A stretch of 64,000 nucleotides of DNA. It comes from Leptolyngbyaceae cyanobacterium (GTDB lineage: Bacteria > Cyanobacteriota > Cyanobacteriia > Phormidesmidales > Phormidesmidaceae). This document shows positions 29,733 through 40,824 of the stretch, one piece after another; position 1 is the first letter of the stretch, and each line of letters opens with the position of its first letter. The stretch is taken from the NCBI GenBank assembly GCA_965263355.1, contig CBDHHL010000056.1, positions 1,600,001-1,664,000 on the forward strand. Direction: 5' to 3'. The notes under the pieces were generated by a model. That model was given only the letters and a program-made list of their open reading frames with translations, made no database searches and was not told where the DNA came from. The translations under genes and the position numbers were made by a program.

Positions 29733-30245
29733 ATGCAGTGTCCCTTCTGCCAGCATCCCAGCAATCGCGTTCTAGAGTCTAGATCGGCTGAATCCGGTCG
29801 TAGTATTCGTCGTCGTCGGGAGTGCCTAAAGTGCCATGGCCGATTTACCACCTATGAGCGCATTGAATATGTGCCCATCACTGTGATCAAGCGTAACGAT
29901 GACCGGGAACTGTTTAATCGCTCAAAGCTTTTGAGAGGGATTGTTAGAGCCTGTGAAAAAACGGGTCTTGAGCCCGCTCGCCTGGAAAATATAGTTGACA
30001 ACATTGAGGCCGATTTACAGCAACGTTCTAGCCGAGAAATTGCCAGTGCGGATATTGGGGAGCTGGTTTTGCAACAGCTTCAACCCTTAAATGAAGTTGC
30101 CTATGTCCGCTTTGCATCCGTCTATCGGCAATTTACTGGTATTCGAGATTTTGCCGACACCCTGAGTCATCTGCAATCTGCTGAAGCTGAGACCAAACCC
30201 TACATTACAAATGGCAATCGTAACGGCTCTACATTAATGGTCTAA
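29733..30245 (+). CDS. nrdR: Transcriptional repressor NrdR
   Basis: CPFC...[20 protein letters not shown] zinc ribbon, ATP cone, [10 protein letters not shown]. Confidence 0.97.
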   Translation: MQCPFCQHPSNRVLESRSAESGRSIRRRRECLKCHGRFTTYERIEYVPITVIKRNDDRELFNRSKLLRGIVRACEKTGLEPARLENIVDNIEADLQQRSSREIASADIGELVLQQLQPLNEVAYVRFASVYRQFTGIRDFADTLSHLQSAEAETKPYITNGNRNGSTLMV

Positions 30246-30671
30246 GGGCGTCGGCAATTAATAATCTCTACCCGATTTTTTTTTGCGTTGACACTGCACT
30301 CAATCAATCCCGTAATATTCAGTGACAGTAAACCTAAATTCACTTATCATAAATAGTCTTGCGAAGGTTTGTGTATTTTGCTAATTTTCGGTACGGATCT
30401 CCGTGTCGCACGTTTTCGTGTGTTAGTATTACTTGCTTTGCAAGACTCTAAGTCCTGATCTTTATTCAGGTTCATGTCAGCGGCTGAGGCAGCATGATGC
30501 TTTACTCAACTTGACTGACTACTCAGAGTTACTTAGTAAAAGGTTAACGGTAGTGCATTTTAGATGATGCCCTTAGCCTTGTCTGAGATAAAATCTGGAT
30601 CAATGTAGGGGCGGCACACAGACCCACAACATGTCCACTCGATTATGGAGAAACCGTAGGAAACATATAGC

Positions 30672-31676
30672 ATGGTCAATCTTGAAACGACACAAGCCGA
30701 TATTGGTTTTACTCATGAAGATTTTGAAGCGTTATTAGATCAGTACGATTATCATTTCAGTCCCGGTGATATTGTTCCAGGGACAGTTTTTAGTATCGAG
30801 CCTCGGGGCGCTCTGATTGACATTGGTGCAAAAACCGCTGCTTATTTGCCCATCCAAGAGATGTCGATTAACCGTGTCGAAGCTGCTGATGAAGTGCTTC
30901 AGTCAAATGAGACTCGTGAGTTTTTCATCTTGACAGATGAAAATGAAGATGGCCAGTTAACTCTATCTATTCGTCGTATCGAGTACATGCGCGCATGGGA
31001 GCGGGTACGCCAGCTCCAGAATGAAGACGCTACTGTTCGTTCTGATGTGTTTGCAACCAACCGTGGTGGAGCCCTGGTTAGAATTGAAGGACTACGTGGC
31101 TTTATCCCTGGTTCCCACATCAGTACGCGTAAACCTAAAGAAGACCTGGTGGGTGAGGCACTTCCCCTCAAGTTTTTAGAAGTAGACGAGGAGCGTAATC
31201 GTCTAGTGCTGAGTCACCGCCGTGCCCTGGTTGAGCGCAAGATGAATGGTCTTCAGGTAGGCGAAGTTGTGATCGGCGCGGTGCGCGGTCTCAAACCCTA
31301 TGGTGCCTTTATTGATATTGGCGGTGTTAGTGGTCTGCTTCATATTTCTGAAATCTCCCACGACCACATTGATACGCCAAACACGGTGCTCAATGTGAAC
31401 GATGAAATTAAGGTTATGATTATTGACCTGGATGCTGAACGGGGTCGAATTTCACTATCGACCAAGCAGCTTGAGCCTGAGCCCGGTGATATGGTTAAAA
31501 ATCCTGACATCGTGTTTGAGAAAGCTGAAGAGATGGCTGAGCGTTATCGTCAGCAGTTATTGAAGGCAGCTGAGGCTGAAGCTGCTGAAGCTGAAGCTGA
31601 TGGTGAGGTCGATGGTGAGGCTGGTGAAGTGATTTACGAAGAAGATGAAATGACGGCTATGGCTGTGGCCGAATAG
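30672..31676 (+). CDS. rpsA: 30S ribosomal protein S1 (cyanobacterial three-domain type)
   Basis: GFTHEDF.ALLD.YDYHFSPGD; three S1 domains; psbB-psbT-nrdR-rps1 order. Confidence 0.96.
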   Translation: MVNLETTQADIGFTHEDFEALLDQYDYHFSPGDIVPGTVFSIEPRGALIDIGAKTAAYLPIQEMSINRVEAADEVLQSNETREFFILTDENEDGQLTLSIRRIEYMRAWERVRQLQNEDATVRSDVFATNRGGALVRIEGLRGFIPGSHISTRKPKEDLVGEALPLKFLEVDEERNRLVLSHRRALVERKMNGLQVGEVVIGAVRGLKPYGAFIDIGGVSGLLHISEISHDHIDTPNTVLNVNDEIKVMIIDLDAERGRISLSTKQLEPEPGDMVKNPDIVFEKAEEMAERYRQQLLKAAEAEAAEAEADGEVDGEAGEVIYEEDEMTAMAVAE

Positions 31677-31720
31677 TCGTTTCCAGGCTTGGACGTGGGA
31701 AAGTTTAATAGGTTTTATTG

Positions 31721-31749
31721 AAATGTGGGGCCTAAACCCCACATTTTTT
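31721..31749 (+). terminator. Intrinsic terminator after rpsA
   Basis: AAATGTGGGG-CCTAAA-CCCCACATTTTTT. Confidence 0.75.
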
Positions 31750-31750
31750 A

Positions 31751-32548
31751 TTGGTTATTTCGTCATGGCTGGTGGTTACTATTGCCTGTAACGATAAATT
31801 TTTTCAGGGCGTTGATGCGGTCTTTTTAGACAAAGACGGCACCCTGGCTGATGTTGCCAATTATTTAAATCAGTTGGGATATCTCCAGGCGCAGTTGATG
31901 GAGCAAGCGCTGCCTGGAACCTATGAGTTAATTCTAAAAGCCCTAGGGGTTACTCCTGAGGGGCTGATGGCATCAGGGCTATTAGCTGTGGGCAGTCGTC
32001 AAGAAACTGTTTTGGGGACAGCTGCAGCTGCGGCCATGACAGGATGCCCATGGGTACAGGCGGTAGATTTGGCTACCACCACGCTGACGATAGCCGATCA
32101 GCGATGTTCCCCTAAAGCGCTTTACACTCCATTGTTGCCAGGGGTCTTAGAATTTTTAAGGCGGCTCAAGCAGGCCAAGCTCAAGGTGATTATGGTCTCA
32201 GCTGATTCCCAACAGAACCTTGATCAGTTCGTCCAGCACTATCATTTGCATACTTATTTTGATCGGATTCAAGGAGTGAGCAGCCAGCATCCTACTAAAT
32301 TAGAGCCCAGTTTTTTGGCCGCAGCTTGTCAATCCATTGGACTCTCGCCTAATCAGGGGGTAGTGATTGGAGATGCAGCCAGTGATTTATGCATGGCCGC
32401 ATCAGCCCGTGGGTTTATTGGTTATCTGGGGGGATGGCAACCAGCGCTATCGGTCGTCGATATTCTTGGCATTGATGGCAGTGCTAGTACCCTGTCGCTA
32501 GAGTACGGGTTTGCCACAGACTTTAGCCAAATCATATTGGCTCCGTAA
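31751..32548 (+). CDS. HAD-family hydrolase
   Basis: FLDKDGTL, VSAD, VIGD..SD motifs. Confidence 0.85.
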   Translation: MVISSWLVVTIACNDKFFQGVDAVFLDKDGTLADVANYLNQLGYLQAQLMEQALPGTYELILKALGVTPEGLMASGLLAVGSRQETVLGTAAAAAMTGCPWVQAVDLATTTLTIADQRCSPKALYTPLLPGVLEFLRRLKQAKLKVIMVSADSQQNLDQFVQHYHLHTYFDRIQGVSSQHPTKLEPSFLAAACQSIGLSPNQGVVIGDAASDLCMAASARGFIGYLGGWQPALSVVDILGIDGSASTLSLEYGFATDFSQIILAP

Positions 32549-32783
32549 TCCCCATGACTCTGAACAGGTCAATAAAAAAAATTAGGGACGATTGTTAATC
32601 GCCCCCAAATTCAACCTTGATTTGCACATCTGCGCATTTAGTTATTCCTATTGTGCTGGCTACCTCTAGAGAACTCAAGTGACGGCTTGTCAAAGTTTTG
32701 TGGCTTATCACAGTTTGTCACTGGATGGGCTATGGATGGGCTGAGAACGATAGACTAACCTAAGTGTTGTTCGGAGTTAGCCA

Positions 32784-33221
32784 ATGTCGCCATTTCCGGC
32801 CTATCGTCCTAAACGCCTATCCTTGGGACCGCTTGAAACTGAAATTTTAGATATTTTGTGGCAGTTGGGTACTACATCAGCTACGGCCATTCACAATCAC
32901 ATCTTGGAAGATATTGATCGTGATTTGACCTATTCGTCAGTGGCGACAGTTTTACGTCGTCTTGAAACCAAGGGCTGGATTGCGAAACGACGGGTGGGTA
33001 GAGCCTACCATTGGGCACCTCTATTGTCGGCAGCCCATGCCAAAGTTTTGGCATCCCACGAGCGTTTACAGCAGTTTTTGGCAGCCAGTAACCCAGATAT
33101 TGTAGCGGCCTTCGCGGATACCCTCGATCAAGACAGCCTTGATCAGCTGGAGGCCATTACCCAACGCATTCAGGCAGCGCGACGTGCCCAAGCCAATCAA
33201 CCACAGGAGAAGCAGCCATGA
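32784..33221 (+). CDS. BlaI/MecI/CopY-family transcriptional regulator
   Basis: LGPLE.EIL.ILW, TYSSV.TVLRRL..KGW. Confidence 0.9.
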   Translation: MSPFPAYRPKRLSLGPLETEILDILWQLGTTSATAIHNHILEDIDRDLTYSSVATVLRRLETKGWIAKRRVGRAYHWAPLLSAAHAKVLASHERLQQFLAASNPDIVAAFADTLDQDSLDQLEAITQRIQAARRAQANQPQEKQP

Positions 33222-34069
33222 TGCATGTCAGTTTAATGGGTGGTGCGATCGCAACCGCTATCCTATTGCGCCTAGGCTTTACCCATCGCTGTCTCCACGA
33301 TGCCCATTGGTTAACCGTGTTATCACTGTTTTTAATTTCACCACTGCTTTTACTAACAACAGCAGTGGCCATTATCATCATGGGACCCTACGGCCATTTG
33401 GTCAGTCCCTTAGAAGGCTGGTTCAGTTATGGTATAGCCTGGCTGTTTCTACTGTTTAGCGTGGGTCTACTAGGTTATTTAGGCTGGCTGGCCCACATCA
33501 GCATTGCCAACATTCAACAGTATCCCCAGCGGCCTGTACACAACACCCTCAGCCGAGTCATGGATGAGGATACTGCGTTTAGTGCTCAAATTGGGTTCTG
33601 GTCATCAGAACTCATCATCAGTCAGGGACTAATTGACACATTAGACACAGACCATTTGGCTGCAGTCATTGCCCACGAACAGGCTCACCATCACTACCGC
33701 GATACCTTTTGGTTCTTTTGGCTAGGTTGGTTAAAGCGCCTGAGCTGGTGGTTACCTTACACCAACATGCTCTGGCAGGAACTACTCCTACTGAGAGAAA
33801 TTCGAGCCGATAACTGGGCAACTCAATCCGTTGACCGGCTCACATTGGCCGAATCTTTGGTACAAGTCATCGCAGCCCCCCTGTCACCCATAACAGTTGC
33901 GAACTTTAGCTGTACGGTTCCCACCAGTCGATTAAGTCGTCGGATTGATGCCCTCTTATCAGACCATGATTATGGATTTCAACCCCAGTGGTCTCTAATT
34001 ACCTATGGTTGTATCGCGGGCTTGGTAGTCGGTCTATTTCCCCTATGCTCGATTCCCTTTCACTATTAA
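33218..34069 (+). CDS. M56 family (BlaR1-like) membrane metallopeptidase
   Basis: AVIAHEQAH (HExxH), REIRAD; ATGA overlap with the BlaI gene. Confidence 0.9.
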   Translation: MMHVSLMGGAIATAILLRLGFTHRCLHDAHWLTVLSLFLISPLLLLTTAVAIIIMGPYGHLVSPLEGWFSYGIAWLFLLFSVGLLGYLGWLAHISIANIQQYPQRPVHNTLSRVMDEDTAFSAQIGFWSSELIISQGLIDTLDTDHLAAVIAHEQAHHHYRDTFWFFWLGWLKRLSWWLPYTNMLWQELLLLREIRADNWATQSVDRLTLAESLVQVIAAPLSPITVANFSCTVPTSRLSRRIDALLSDHDYGFQPQWSLITYGCIAGLVVGLFPLCSIPFHY

Positions 34070-34108
34070 CCATCATTGGGCATCCTCACTGGCCCATAGC
34101 CGGAGGGC

Positions 34109-36151
34109 CTAAAACGGGACGTCGGGTCCAGGCTCCGTTGAAGGTTTAGGTGATTCAGGCGCATCGTCATCGAGATTCACAATCTGACCACTAAAGAACT
34201 GGGCAAAACTCTTGACACTGCGATTAAGTTCGGTTTCTTCTTGCCAGTCAGCTGCTGCTGCTGCTGGCGATGGTGATGGTGGTGTATTAGGTAGATCCCT
34301 AGGTATGGTCTCCGGTAACTCTGATGATGGTGTAACCAACGGTGGTGGTTTAGGGGCGACTGGTGGAGAATATGGCGTGGTAGTAGGTTGTGATACAGGC
34401 GGTGCTGGCGGTGCTGGCGATGTAGGCGGCGGTGGGGCAGCTCCGGCTGATGGTGATCCTGAAGAGGCTTCTGAAACAGACGTTTGTCCTTTAGGGGCAA
34501 CCACCATAGTGATCCGAACCTGATGGCCGAAGACTTTTTCAAACGCCGTCTCGACATTACTCAAACGGTTTTGTGCCATCTGCATTAGCTTGTCATTGGT
34601 AATACCAACGCTAGCTTCAATACCATTACACGCCAAAAGTTGACCATGTTGACGCATCAAAACTGCAGTCCCCATAGGCATTTCACGGCTTCTAGCCATC
34701 TGCGTCATCTGGGCAACAATTTTACCCCAGATATCGCTGAGACTTCCCATGGCGGGGGCATTGTTGGGGACGGAGGTCGGGGTGTCTCCCTGGGGCTGCT
34801 CCACGTCCGGCTTAGGTGTAGCCAGTGACTCTTTAGCAGGGTCAAAAGATGACAGAGGCTTCACAGGAGCATCTTTAGGGCTTACTTCCTCGGAGGCTAC
34901 TTCCTGGGGGGCTACTGGCTGAGTGACTAAGACATTGGAGCCCACTGGCTGAGCAACTGCCGCTTTACTGGGCGGTGGGCTTTTTGCCTCTGGCACTATT
35001 GGCTTAGTGACCGTAGATGCCACAACTGATGCTGTAACCTCTGTTTGCCCAAGGGCTGTCGGCAACAGGCCCATGAGGGTAATTTCTAACCAAAGCCTGG
35101 GTTGAGTGGTGTTTTTGACTTGTATTTCCGCTGTCCGCAGATGTTGTTGACTAGAGAGCAGTAGAGGCAAGGGGAATGTCTGGGCAAACGTAACCATCTC
35201 TGCCCAAATGGCAGGGGTAATGGTCACTAAATCGCGCCGATTGCCAGCTGTTTTAGCAATTAATAAATCTCGGTAAAACGCTACTAGACTTTGCAAGACC
35301 ATCAGGGGTTCTCGTCCCCGATCCATCAGCTGCCGTGCCAAGATTAAGACCTGGGCTCCGTCATCGCTACCAATCGCCTGTACCAAAGCCAGCAGGTCGC
35401 GCTCAGAAACTGCACCTACTAGATCCCACACAGCTTCGATGGTGATCTTTCCTGCTAAAAGCCCCAGCTGGTCAAGCAGGCTTTCCGCATCCCGTAAGCC
35501 ACCCTGGGAAAGCTGGGCTACCAGCTGCAGAGCATCCGGGGCAATATTAATAGATTCTTGCTGAGCAATGAAGCCTAAATGCTGCACCATCGCATCCAGG
35601 GGAATACGGCGAAAGTCAAACCGCTGACAGCGGGAAATGATGGTGGGTAATACTCGCTGGGGATCGGTAGTTGCCAGCACAAAAACAACATGGGGCGGTG
35701 GCTCTTCTAGGGTTTTGAGCAAAGCATTAAATGCCGCTGTGCTCAGCATATGGACTTCATCGAGGACATAAAGCTTATAACGGCACTGAACAGGCGCAAA
35801 TTGCGCCCGTTCAATCAGCTCTCGGATATTGTCTACACCGGTATTACTAGCGGCATCAATTTCGACGATATCAAGGGCAGCACCAACGGTGATTTCATGA
35901 CAGACCTGACAGGTGCCACAGGGCTCAGCCGTGGGTAACTCACTGCTTAAACAGTTGATCGACTTAGCTAAAATACGAGCGCTCGATGTTTTGCCAGTCC
36001 CCCTGGGGCCACAGAAAAGATAGGCTGGGGCAATGCGATTTTGCTGGAGGGCATTAGAGAGGGTGGTTGCGATCGCATCCTGCCCCACCAGTTGGGCAAA
36101 TGTTTGGGGACGATATTTGTGATGGAGCGGTTCGTAGGCCATAGTTACCAT
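34109..36151 (-). CDS. dnaX: DNA polymerase III subunit gamma/tau
   Basis: KYRPQTF, GPRGTGKT, EIDAASNTGVD, DEVHMLS, SRCQRFDF; long Pro-rich linker. Confidence 0.97.
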   Translation of the reverse strand: MVTMAYEPLHHKYRPQTFAQLVGQDAIATTLSNALQQNRIAPAYLFCGPRGTGKTSSARILAKSINCLSSELPTAEPCGTCQVCHEITVGAALDIVEIDAASNTGVDNIRELIERAQFAPVQCRYKLYVLDEVHMLSTAAFNALLKTLEEPPPHVVFVLATTDPQRVLPTIISRCQRFDFRRIPLDAMVQHLGFIAQQESINIAPDALQLVAQLSQGGLRDAESLLDQLGLLAGKITIEAVWDLVGAVSERDLLALVQAIGSDDGAQVLILARQLMDRGREPLMVLQSLVAFYRDLLIAKTAGNRRDLVTITPAIWAEMVTFAQTFPLPLLLSSQQHLRTAEIQVKNTTQPRLWLEITLMGLLPTALGQTEVTASVVASTVTKPIVPEAKSPPPSKAAVAQPVGSNVLVTQPVAPQEVASEEVSPKDAPVKPLSSFDPAKESLATPKPDVEQPQGDTPTSVPNNAPAMGSLSDIWGKIVAQMTQMARSREMPMGTAVLMRQHGQLLACNGIEASVGITNDKLMQMAQNRLSNVETAFEKVFGHQVRITMVVAPKGQTSVSEASSGSPSAGAAPPPPTSPAPPAPPVSQPTTTPYSPPVAPKPPPLVTPSSELPETIPRDLPNTPPSPSPAAAAADWQEETELNRSVKSFAQFFSGQIVNLDDDAPESPKPSTEPGPDVPF

Positions 36152-36271
36152 GCCCTACATCAATAACAGGTACAAAAGACAGGCAAAATAATGGCTAAGT
36201 AAAATAAACATGCCGAACAAACAATGGGCATGTCAATTATATAGAAGCCTATATAAAAGCTGCAGTTCTAT

Positions 36272-36775
36272 TTAGCTGAGTACCATAATATCTTTAGCAG
36301 TCTGCACCCCTTGCCATCGAGTTATCCATCTAGGCCAACGGCTAAAACGCTTACAAAGCCGAACTTCATTGCCCTTCGCTGACCAATGCACCTGATCAAA
36401 AATTTGATGTAGGATAAACAACCCGCGACCACAGTCCCCCATGCTCTCACTGTCATCTCCATCAGGGCAGACACGACAGCCATTGGGGAGATCAAAACCG
36501 TTTCCTTGATCCGTAATGATCCACCAGTAACAGCCTTGAAACTCAGCATACTGAACGGAAACCTGTTTACTGGGATCTAAGCTATTACCATGCTTAGCAG
36601 CATTGACCAGCGCTTCTTGCAGACCTAAGCGCAGCTCGTCACGCATCTGTGACGGTGCATGCTCCAGCAAAGTATCGATAATTGGATACAGATATAGAGT
36701 AGAAGCAAAACTCAATTTGTCCCACTTTACTCCATTGAACAATGTCATCACACCAACCATGCAATCAATCTCCAA
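36272..36775 (-). CDS. pmgA: Anti-sigma/Ser kinase-like HATPase, PmgA
   Basis: SFASTLYL.PI.D.LL, RLGLQEALVNAAKHGN.LDPSK, DQG.GF, GRGLFIL.QIFDQV.W. Confidence 0.8.
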   Translation of the reverse strand: MEIDCMVGVMTLFNGVKWDKLSFASTLYLYPIIDTLLEHAPSQMRDELRLGLQEALVNAAKHGNSLDPSKQVSVQYAEFQGCYWWIITDQGNGFDLPNGCRVCPDGDDSESMGDCGRGLFILHQIFDQVHWSAKGNEVRLCKRFSRWPRWITRWQGVQTAKDIMVLS

Positions 36776-37460
36776 CGTTGAGCCGATCGCTCATTAATGG
36801 CAGACTCATTCGTCAACACAAACCGTAGCCTTAAAAAACAAGTTGAGTGAGCTATAGAGATTAAAAATTGTTTTTGAAACAGGTGTATAAAATACGTACT
36901 GCAGGGAATTAATAAACTTTTTCACCCTAGTCTAATATATCAGATCTGCAATAAGGCAACCTGAAAAACAGGAAAAACTATCAAACCAATGGCTAAGTTT
37001 GCGTTTTCTTTAAGTCAAATAAAAATATTTTTTCCGTTATTTTCACTTTAAATTCAGCCTCTAGAACCTAATTCGCTGACCCATATCAACTCTTTAGGGA
37101 AGATGGATTTAGGTACCCTTAGTCAATTTAGAAACTCCATAAATAAAAAGCTTAATGTATGGAACAAAGACATTAGTATGCGTCCTATCCATAGGTTACT
37201 TTTAGGAACGATCAGAAACCACCCACCTCCAAACTCACTACTGTCTATATGGAGCATTTAGTTAATCTCTGGGTAAGGGCAATTTAACTAAACCTAAACT
37301 CAAGTATATTGTCACCATAGATTGGTAATTCAATACTCAGCAATTTCAACTAGACATTTGTACGCAATATTTAACACACTTATTTGATTGTCCGAATAAA
37401 TACTATTGCTATGTGGCTATTCATACTGGGCTGTTTGCTACCCATGAACAGGGCCATTGA

Positions 37461-38132
37461 CTATGACAAATATCGTTTTGCCGTATCAGCAACGATCTCT
37501 GAATTATCTTGGGTTAATGTCATCAGCGTAGGCAGAACGTCCTCGGCATTAGGCGTATCAAGGTAATAGCTGAGGGCTTGAGCAAGACGATGACGGACTT
37601 GCCAATCATCGTTATCTGCAAATGGTAATAGCAATGGAATCCCCCGAGTATCTTTTAATTCACCAAGGGCACCAATGGCGGCTAACACCACTAAGCTATT
37701 GTCAGATGTGAGCGCTTGCTGCAATAACTCAAACCCACGACTGGCACCCAACTCCCCCAAACAAGCAACAATACTCATTTGCACAATCCATTCAGACGTA
37801 TTGTTATAGGCAGTGGCTAAATCATCGTAGGCTTCTGTCAAATGCAATGCACCAATAGCATCAGCGGCAGCAGCTTGGACATCCGCTTCAGGATCGTGGT
37901 ACAGCGCTCCCCGCAGGACTGTAAGCGCAGTTTCCCGATCTTGGTTGCCCAGGGAAGAAAATTGGCTGATGGCAGCGTAGCGCACCCGTGCACTACTGTC
38001 GTTGATAACGGCTTGAATAAGTTGAAAAGCGACTGCTGGATCAATGTCCCGCAGTAGGTTGAGCGCCCGTAAACGCTGGCCTAGATTCTCAGATGCGAGC
38101 TGTTGTTTTATTTGATCTGGTGAGATGCCCAT
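37461..38132 (-). CDS. nblB: HEAT-repeat phycobilisome degradation protein NblB-like
   Basis: L.SE..G.RLRA.N.LR, RVRYAA.SQ, DPEADVQAAAAD.IGAL, DWQVRHRLAQAL; downstream of a CBS gene. Confidence 0.8.
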   Translation of the reverse strand: MGISPDQIKQQLASENLGQRLRALNLLRDIDPAVAFQLIQAVINDSSARVRYAAISQFSSLGNQDRETALTVLRGALYHDPEADVQAAAADAIGALHLTEAYDDLATAYNNTSEWIVQMSIVACLGELGASRGFELLQQALTSDNSLVVLAAIGALGELKDTRGIPLLLPFADNDDWQVRHRLAQALSYYLDTPNAEDVLPTLMTLTQDNSEIVADTAKRYLS

Positions 38133-38167
38133 AGTGTAAGAATTTTATGGCAACAAAAACATGACGC

Positions 38168-38662
38168 TTAGGTGTACTGCTGAGCGAGTTCACGTACGAT
38201 ATCGCCACGGGTGAGGATGCCAACCACCTGCCTATTATCATTGACAACCAATAATCGACGAATTTGTTTGTCATGCATTAGTTGAGCAGCCCGTTGTAAA
38301 TCATCATCAACCGTTACGAGGGTGATCTTACGGGACATCACATCAGCCACTGTCTGACCTAATGCTTTATGGAGTTCCTGACTGTAACGGGCTGGATTGG
38401 TCAAGTACACTACGCTATCAAGCAACATCACATAGGCTGGTAACGAAGCTCCGCTCACCTGCCACATTAAATCAGTTTCAGAAATCTCTCCGACAGCTTC
38501 TCCACTGTCGTCAACTACGGGCAAACCACTAATTCGATGAGTTGCTAGCAATTGAATTGCCTCCTTGAGTGGCATATCTGGAGTTGCCGTCAAGGGGGGC
38601 GCTGTCATCATCTCTCCAATGGTTTTAGTTGCCGTTGTCGTTAAGACTGTTTCGCTGTCCAT
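38168..38662 (-). CDS. CBS-domain pair protein
   Basis: ISGLPVVD...GEISE.DL and IRRL.VV...VGILTRGD. Confidence 0.92.
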   Translation of the reverse strand: MDSETVLTTTATKTIGEMMTAPPLTATPDMPLKEAIQLLATHRISGLPVVDDSGEAVGEISETDLMWQVSGASLPAYVMLLDSVVYLTNPARYSQELHKALGQTVADVMSRKITLVTVDDDLQRAAQLMHDKQIRRLLVVNDNRQVVGILTRGDIVRELAQQYT

Positions 38663-39119
38663 AGGCGTATATCTAAAGATTACTTATTTACTAATATATT
38701 CATTGTAGAAACGGTTTCCAGGTAAGACTCAGCTAGTTCAAAGGTCGTTACATAGAGATATATATTCGCAACAAAATAATCTATTAACACTTTAATAAGA
38801 GTAATTGATAACAATTTGCGGTATGTATTGTCGTGCATTACCGTGAAAATCGCCCTTAGGGCATTGTTTGCACAAGCAAAACAAAATTGTTCCTTAAAAA
38901 TTGTCAATGCTAACCGTAATCTGCCCTAGAGCCATAGGGGCATCTCGATTAATTGCTTATCTCGCTGTATAAAAGGCTGAAACATTTGGAACCCCGTTCA
39001 CATTTTTAACAGAATCCAAATAAATCGAAGTACCCATAGCCTGCTAATTGGCTTTGATAATTGACGTTATTTATGTTTAACCACACCATTAAATCTGTTG
39101 CTAAGTCCATGGCATTGCC

Positions 39120-39755
39120 ATGGTAGAAGTTACTCAAGCCGTTTCTCAGTCCTCGCTTTCCCAGAAAACCTCGACCTCTTTACCGCCACCCTTTAGTATG
39201 GGGGCACTGTGGAACATCAGCTTTGGCTTCTTTGGTATTCAGTTTGGCTGGGGATTACAGATGGCGAATGGTAGTGCCATTTTTGAATCCTTAGGGGCCA
39301 GCCCGCATCAGCTACCGTTGCTGTGGCTGGCAGCGCCCATGAGTGGGCTATTAGTACAGCCAGTGATTGGTTACTGGAGCGATCGCACCTGCACTCCCCT
39401 AGGACGACGGCGACCGTACTTTTTAATCGGTGCGCTACTCAGTTCAGTAGCACTGGTACTATTGCCCCATGCCCCTAGCCTATGGATCGCAGCAGGCCTA
39501 CTATGGCTGCTGGATGCGTCAGCCAATGTCAGCATGACGCCATTTCGGTCCATCGTGCTACCCGAGATTGTTGCATCCTTAGGGTTGGGCTGGTTGATGA
39601 CCCGTGTGGGGTGCGATCGGCTTAGCATCGTTGTCTTAGGGGGATTTTCCATGGCGATTGCAGCTATCTTGGCCCAAGGCATCCCCAATTCCGGACAAAG
39701 GCTTATAGAAAAGGGTGAACGATGCCCACCCTCTGTTTCTGTTTACAATGAATAA
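39120..39755 (+). pseudogene. Internally deleted sugar MFS transporter (SLC45/sucrose-maltose type)
   Basis: N-terminal WNISFGFFGIQFGWGLQ...GLLVQP.IG.WSDR...GRRRPYF...LDAS.NVSM.PFR fused directly to C-terminal IVLPEIVASLGLG; only 211 aa. Confidence 0.7.
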
Positions 39756-39771
39756 CCTTTCTTTGTTGTTT

Positions 39772-40824
39772 TTAACATTTTAAGAAAGCGACTAACTGCT
39801 CTAGCTTGTCCCAGGCGGCACCGCTAGCAAGAATCTCTTTCGCTTTGGTAACACCCTGAGCACAGGCGGCTTCAAAAGTATCACCAGCAACGACACCTCC
39901 CACTTGTAAGGCTAAAGCAGCATTTAAAGCAACGGCTTCTTGCTGTGCCTGGGTACCTTTACCCTGCAGCACATTGCGCAGAATAGTCATATTTTCCTCC
40001 AGCTCACCACCGCGCAGAGTAGACACATCTGCTTTGGTCAAACCCATGCTGAGTGGGTCAATCACCTTAGGCACAACGCTGCCATTGGCCAGCACCGCCA
40101 AATCCGTTGCATCACCCAAACCAGCTTCATCCAGGCCTTCGCGTCCGTGCAAGACAATCGCCTGCTGCATACCTAGCTGATTGAGGGCTTCAGCCATGGT
40201 AGAAATGACCAGTGGGTCAAACACACCAATGATCTGCCCAGTGGGACGCAGAGGGTTTACCAAGGGCCCCAGCAGGTTAAAGACCGTCCGAATTTTGAGT
40301 GTGCCACGAATGGGGGCAACCGCCTTCATAGCTGGATGCCAGCCACGGGCAAATAGGAATGTGACTCCAACTTCGTTAACGGCAGCCTTTGCCTTTGCAG
40401 GTGGTGCACTGAGATCTACCCCCAGACCTTCTAGTACATCAGCAGAACCGACTTTACTAGAGGCTGAGCGATTACCATGTTTTACCACTGGAATGCCTGC
40501 TGCTGCCGCCACAAATGTCACGGCTGTAGAGATATTAAAGGTAGATGCGCCATCACCCCCAGTACCGCAGGTATCGATTCGGGGGGTGGGTAAGGACTCA
40601 TCGGCCTGCAGACCACCCAGGGACTGGCCTTGTAAAACTCGGGCCATACCAGCCAGTTCATCGGCAGAGAAACCTTTTGACTGTAGGGCTGCCAGAATAG
40701 CCCCAGACATAATTGGATCAATCGATTCAGTCAACCAGCCCTGCATAAGCGCTTCAGCTTGACTGACCGAGAGGGATTGCTTATCAATGAGCTGCTGTAG
40801 CAGGCTGGACCAGTTAGTTATCAT
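39772..40824 (-). CDS. trpD: Anthranilate phosphoribosyltransferase
   Basis: [50 protein letters not shown]. Confidence 0.97.
   Translation of the reverse strand: MITNWSSLLQQLIDKQSLSVSQAEALMQGWLTESIDPIMSGAILAALQSKGFSADELAGMARVLQGQSLGGLQADESLPTPRIDTCGTGGDGASTFNISTAVTFVAAAAGIPVVKHGNRSASSKVGSADVLEGLGVDLSAPPAKAKAAVNEVGVTFLFARGWHPAMKAVAPIRGTLKIRTVFNLLGPLVNPLRPTGQIIGVFDPLVISTMAEALNQLGMQQAIVLHGREGLDEAGLGDATDLAVLANGSVVPKVIDPLSMGLTKADVSTLRGGELEENMTILRNVLQGKGTQAQQEAVALNAALALQVGGVVAGDTFEAACAQGVTKAKEILASGAAWDKLEQLVAFLKC

Noticed and set aside
34109..36151. Intein or programmed frameshift in dnaX
   Set aside because: The DEVHMLS site is uninterrupted; the candidate slippery run noticed (near 34981) has five As, not A6G
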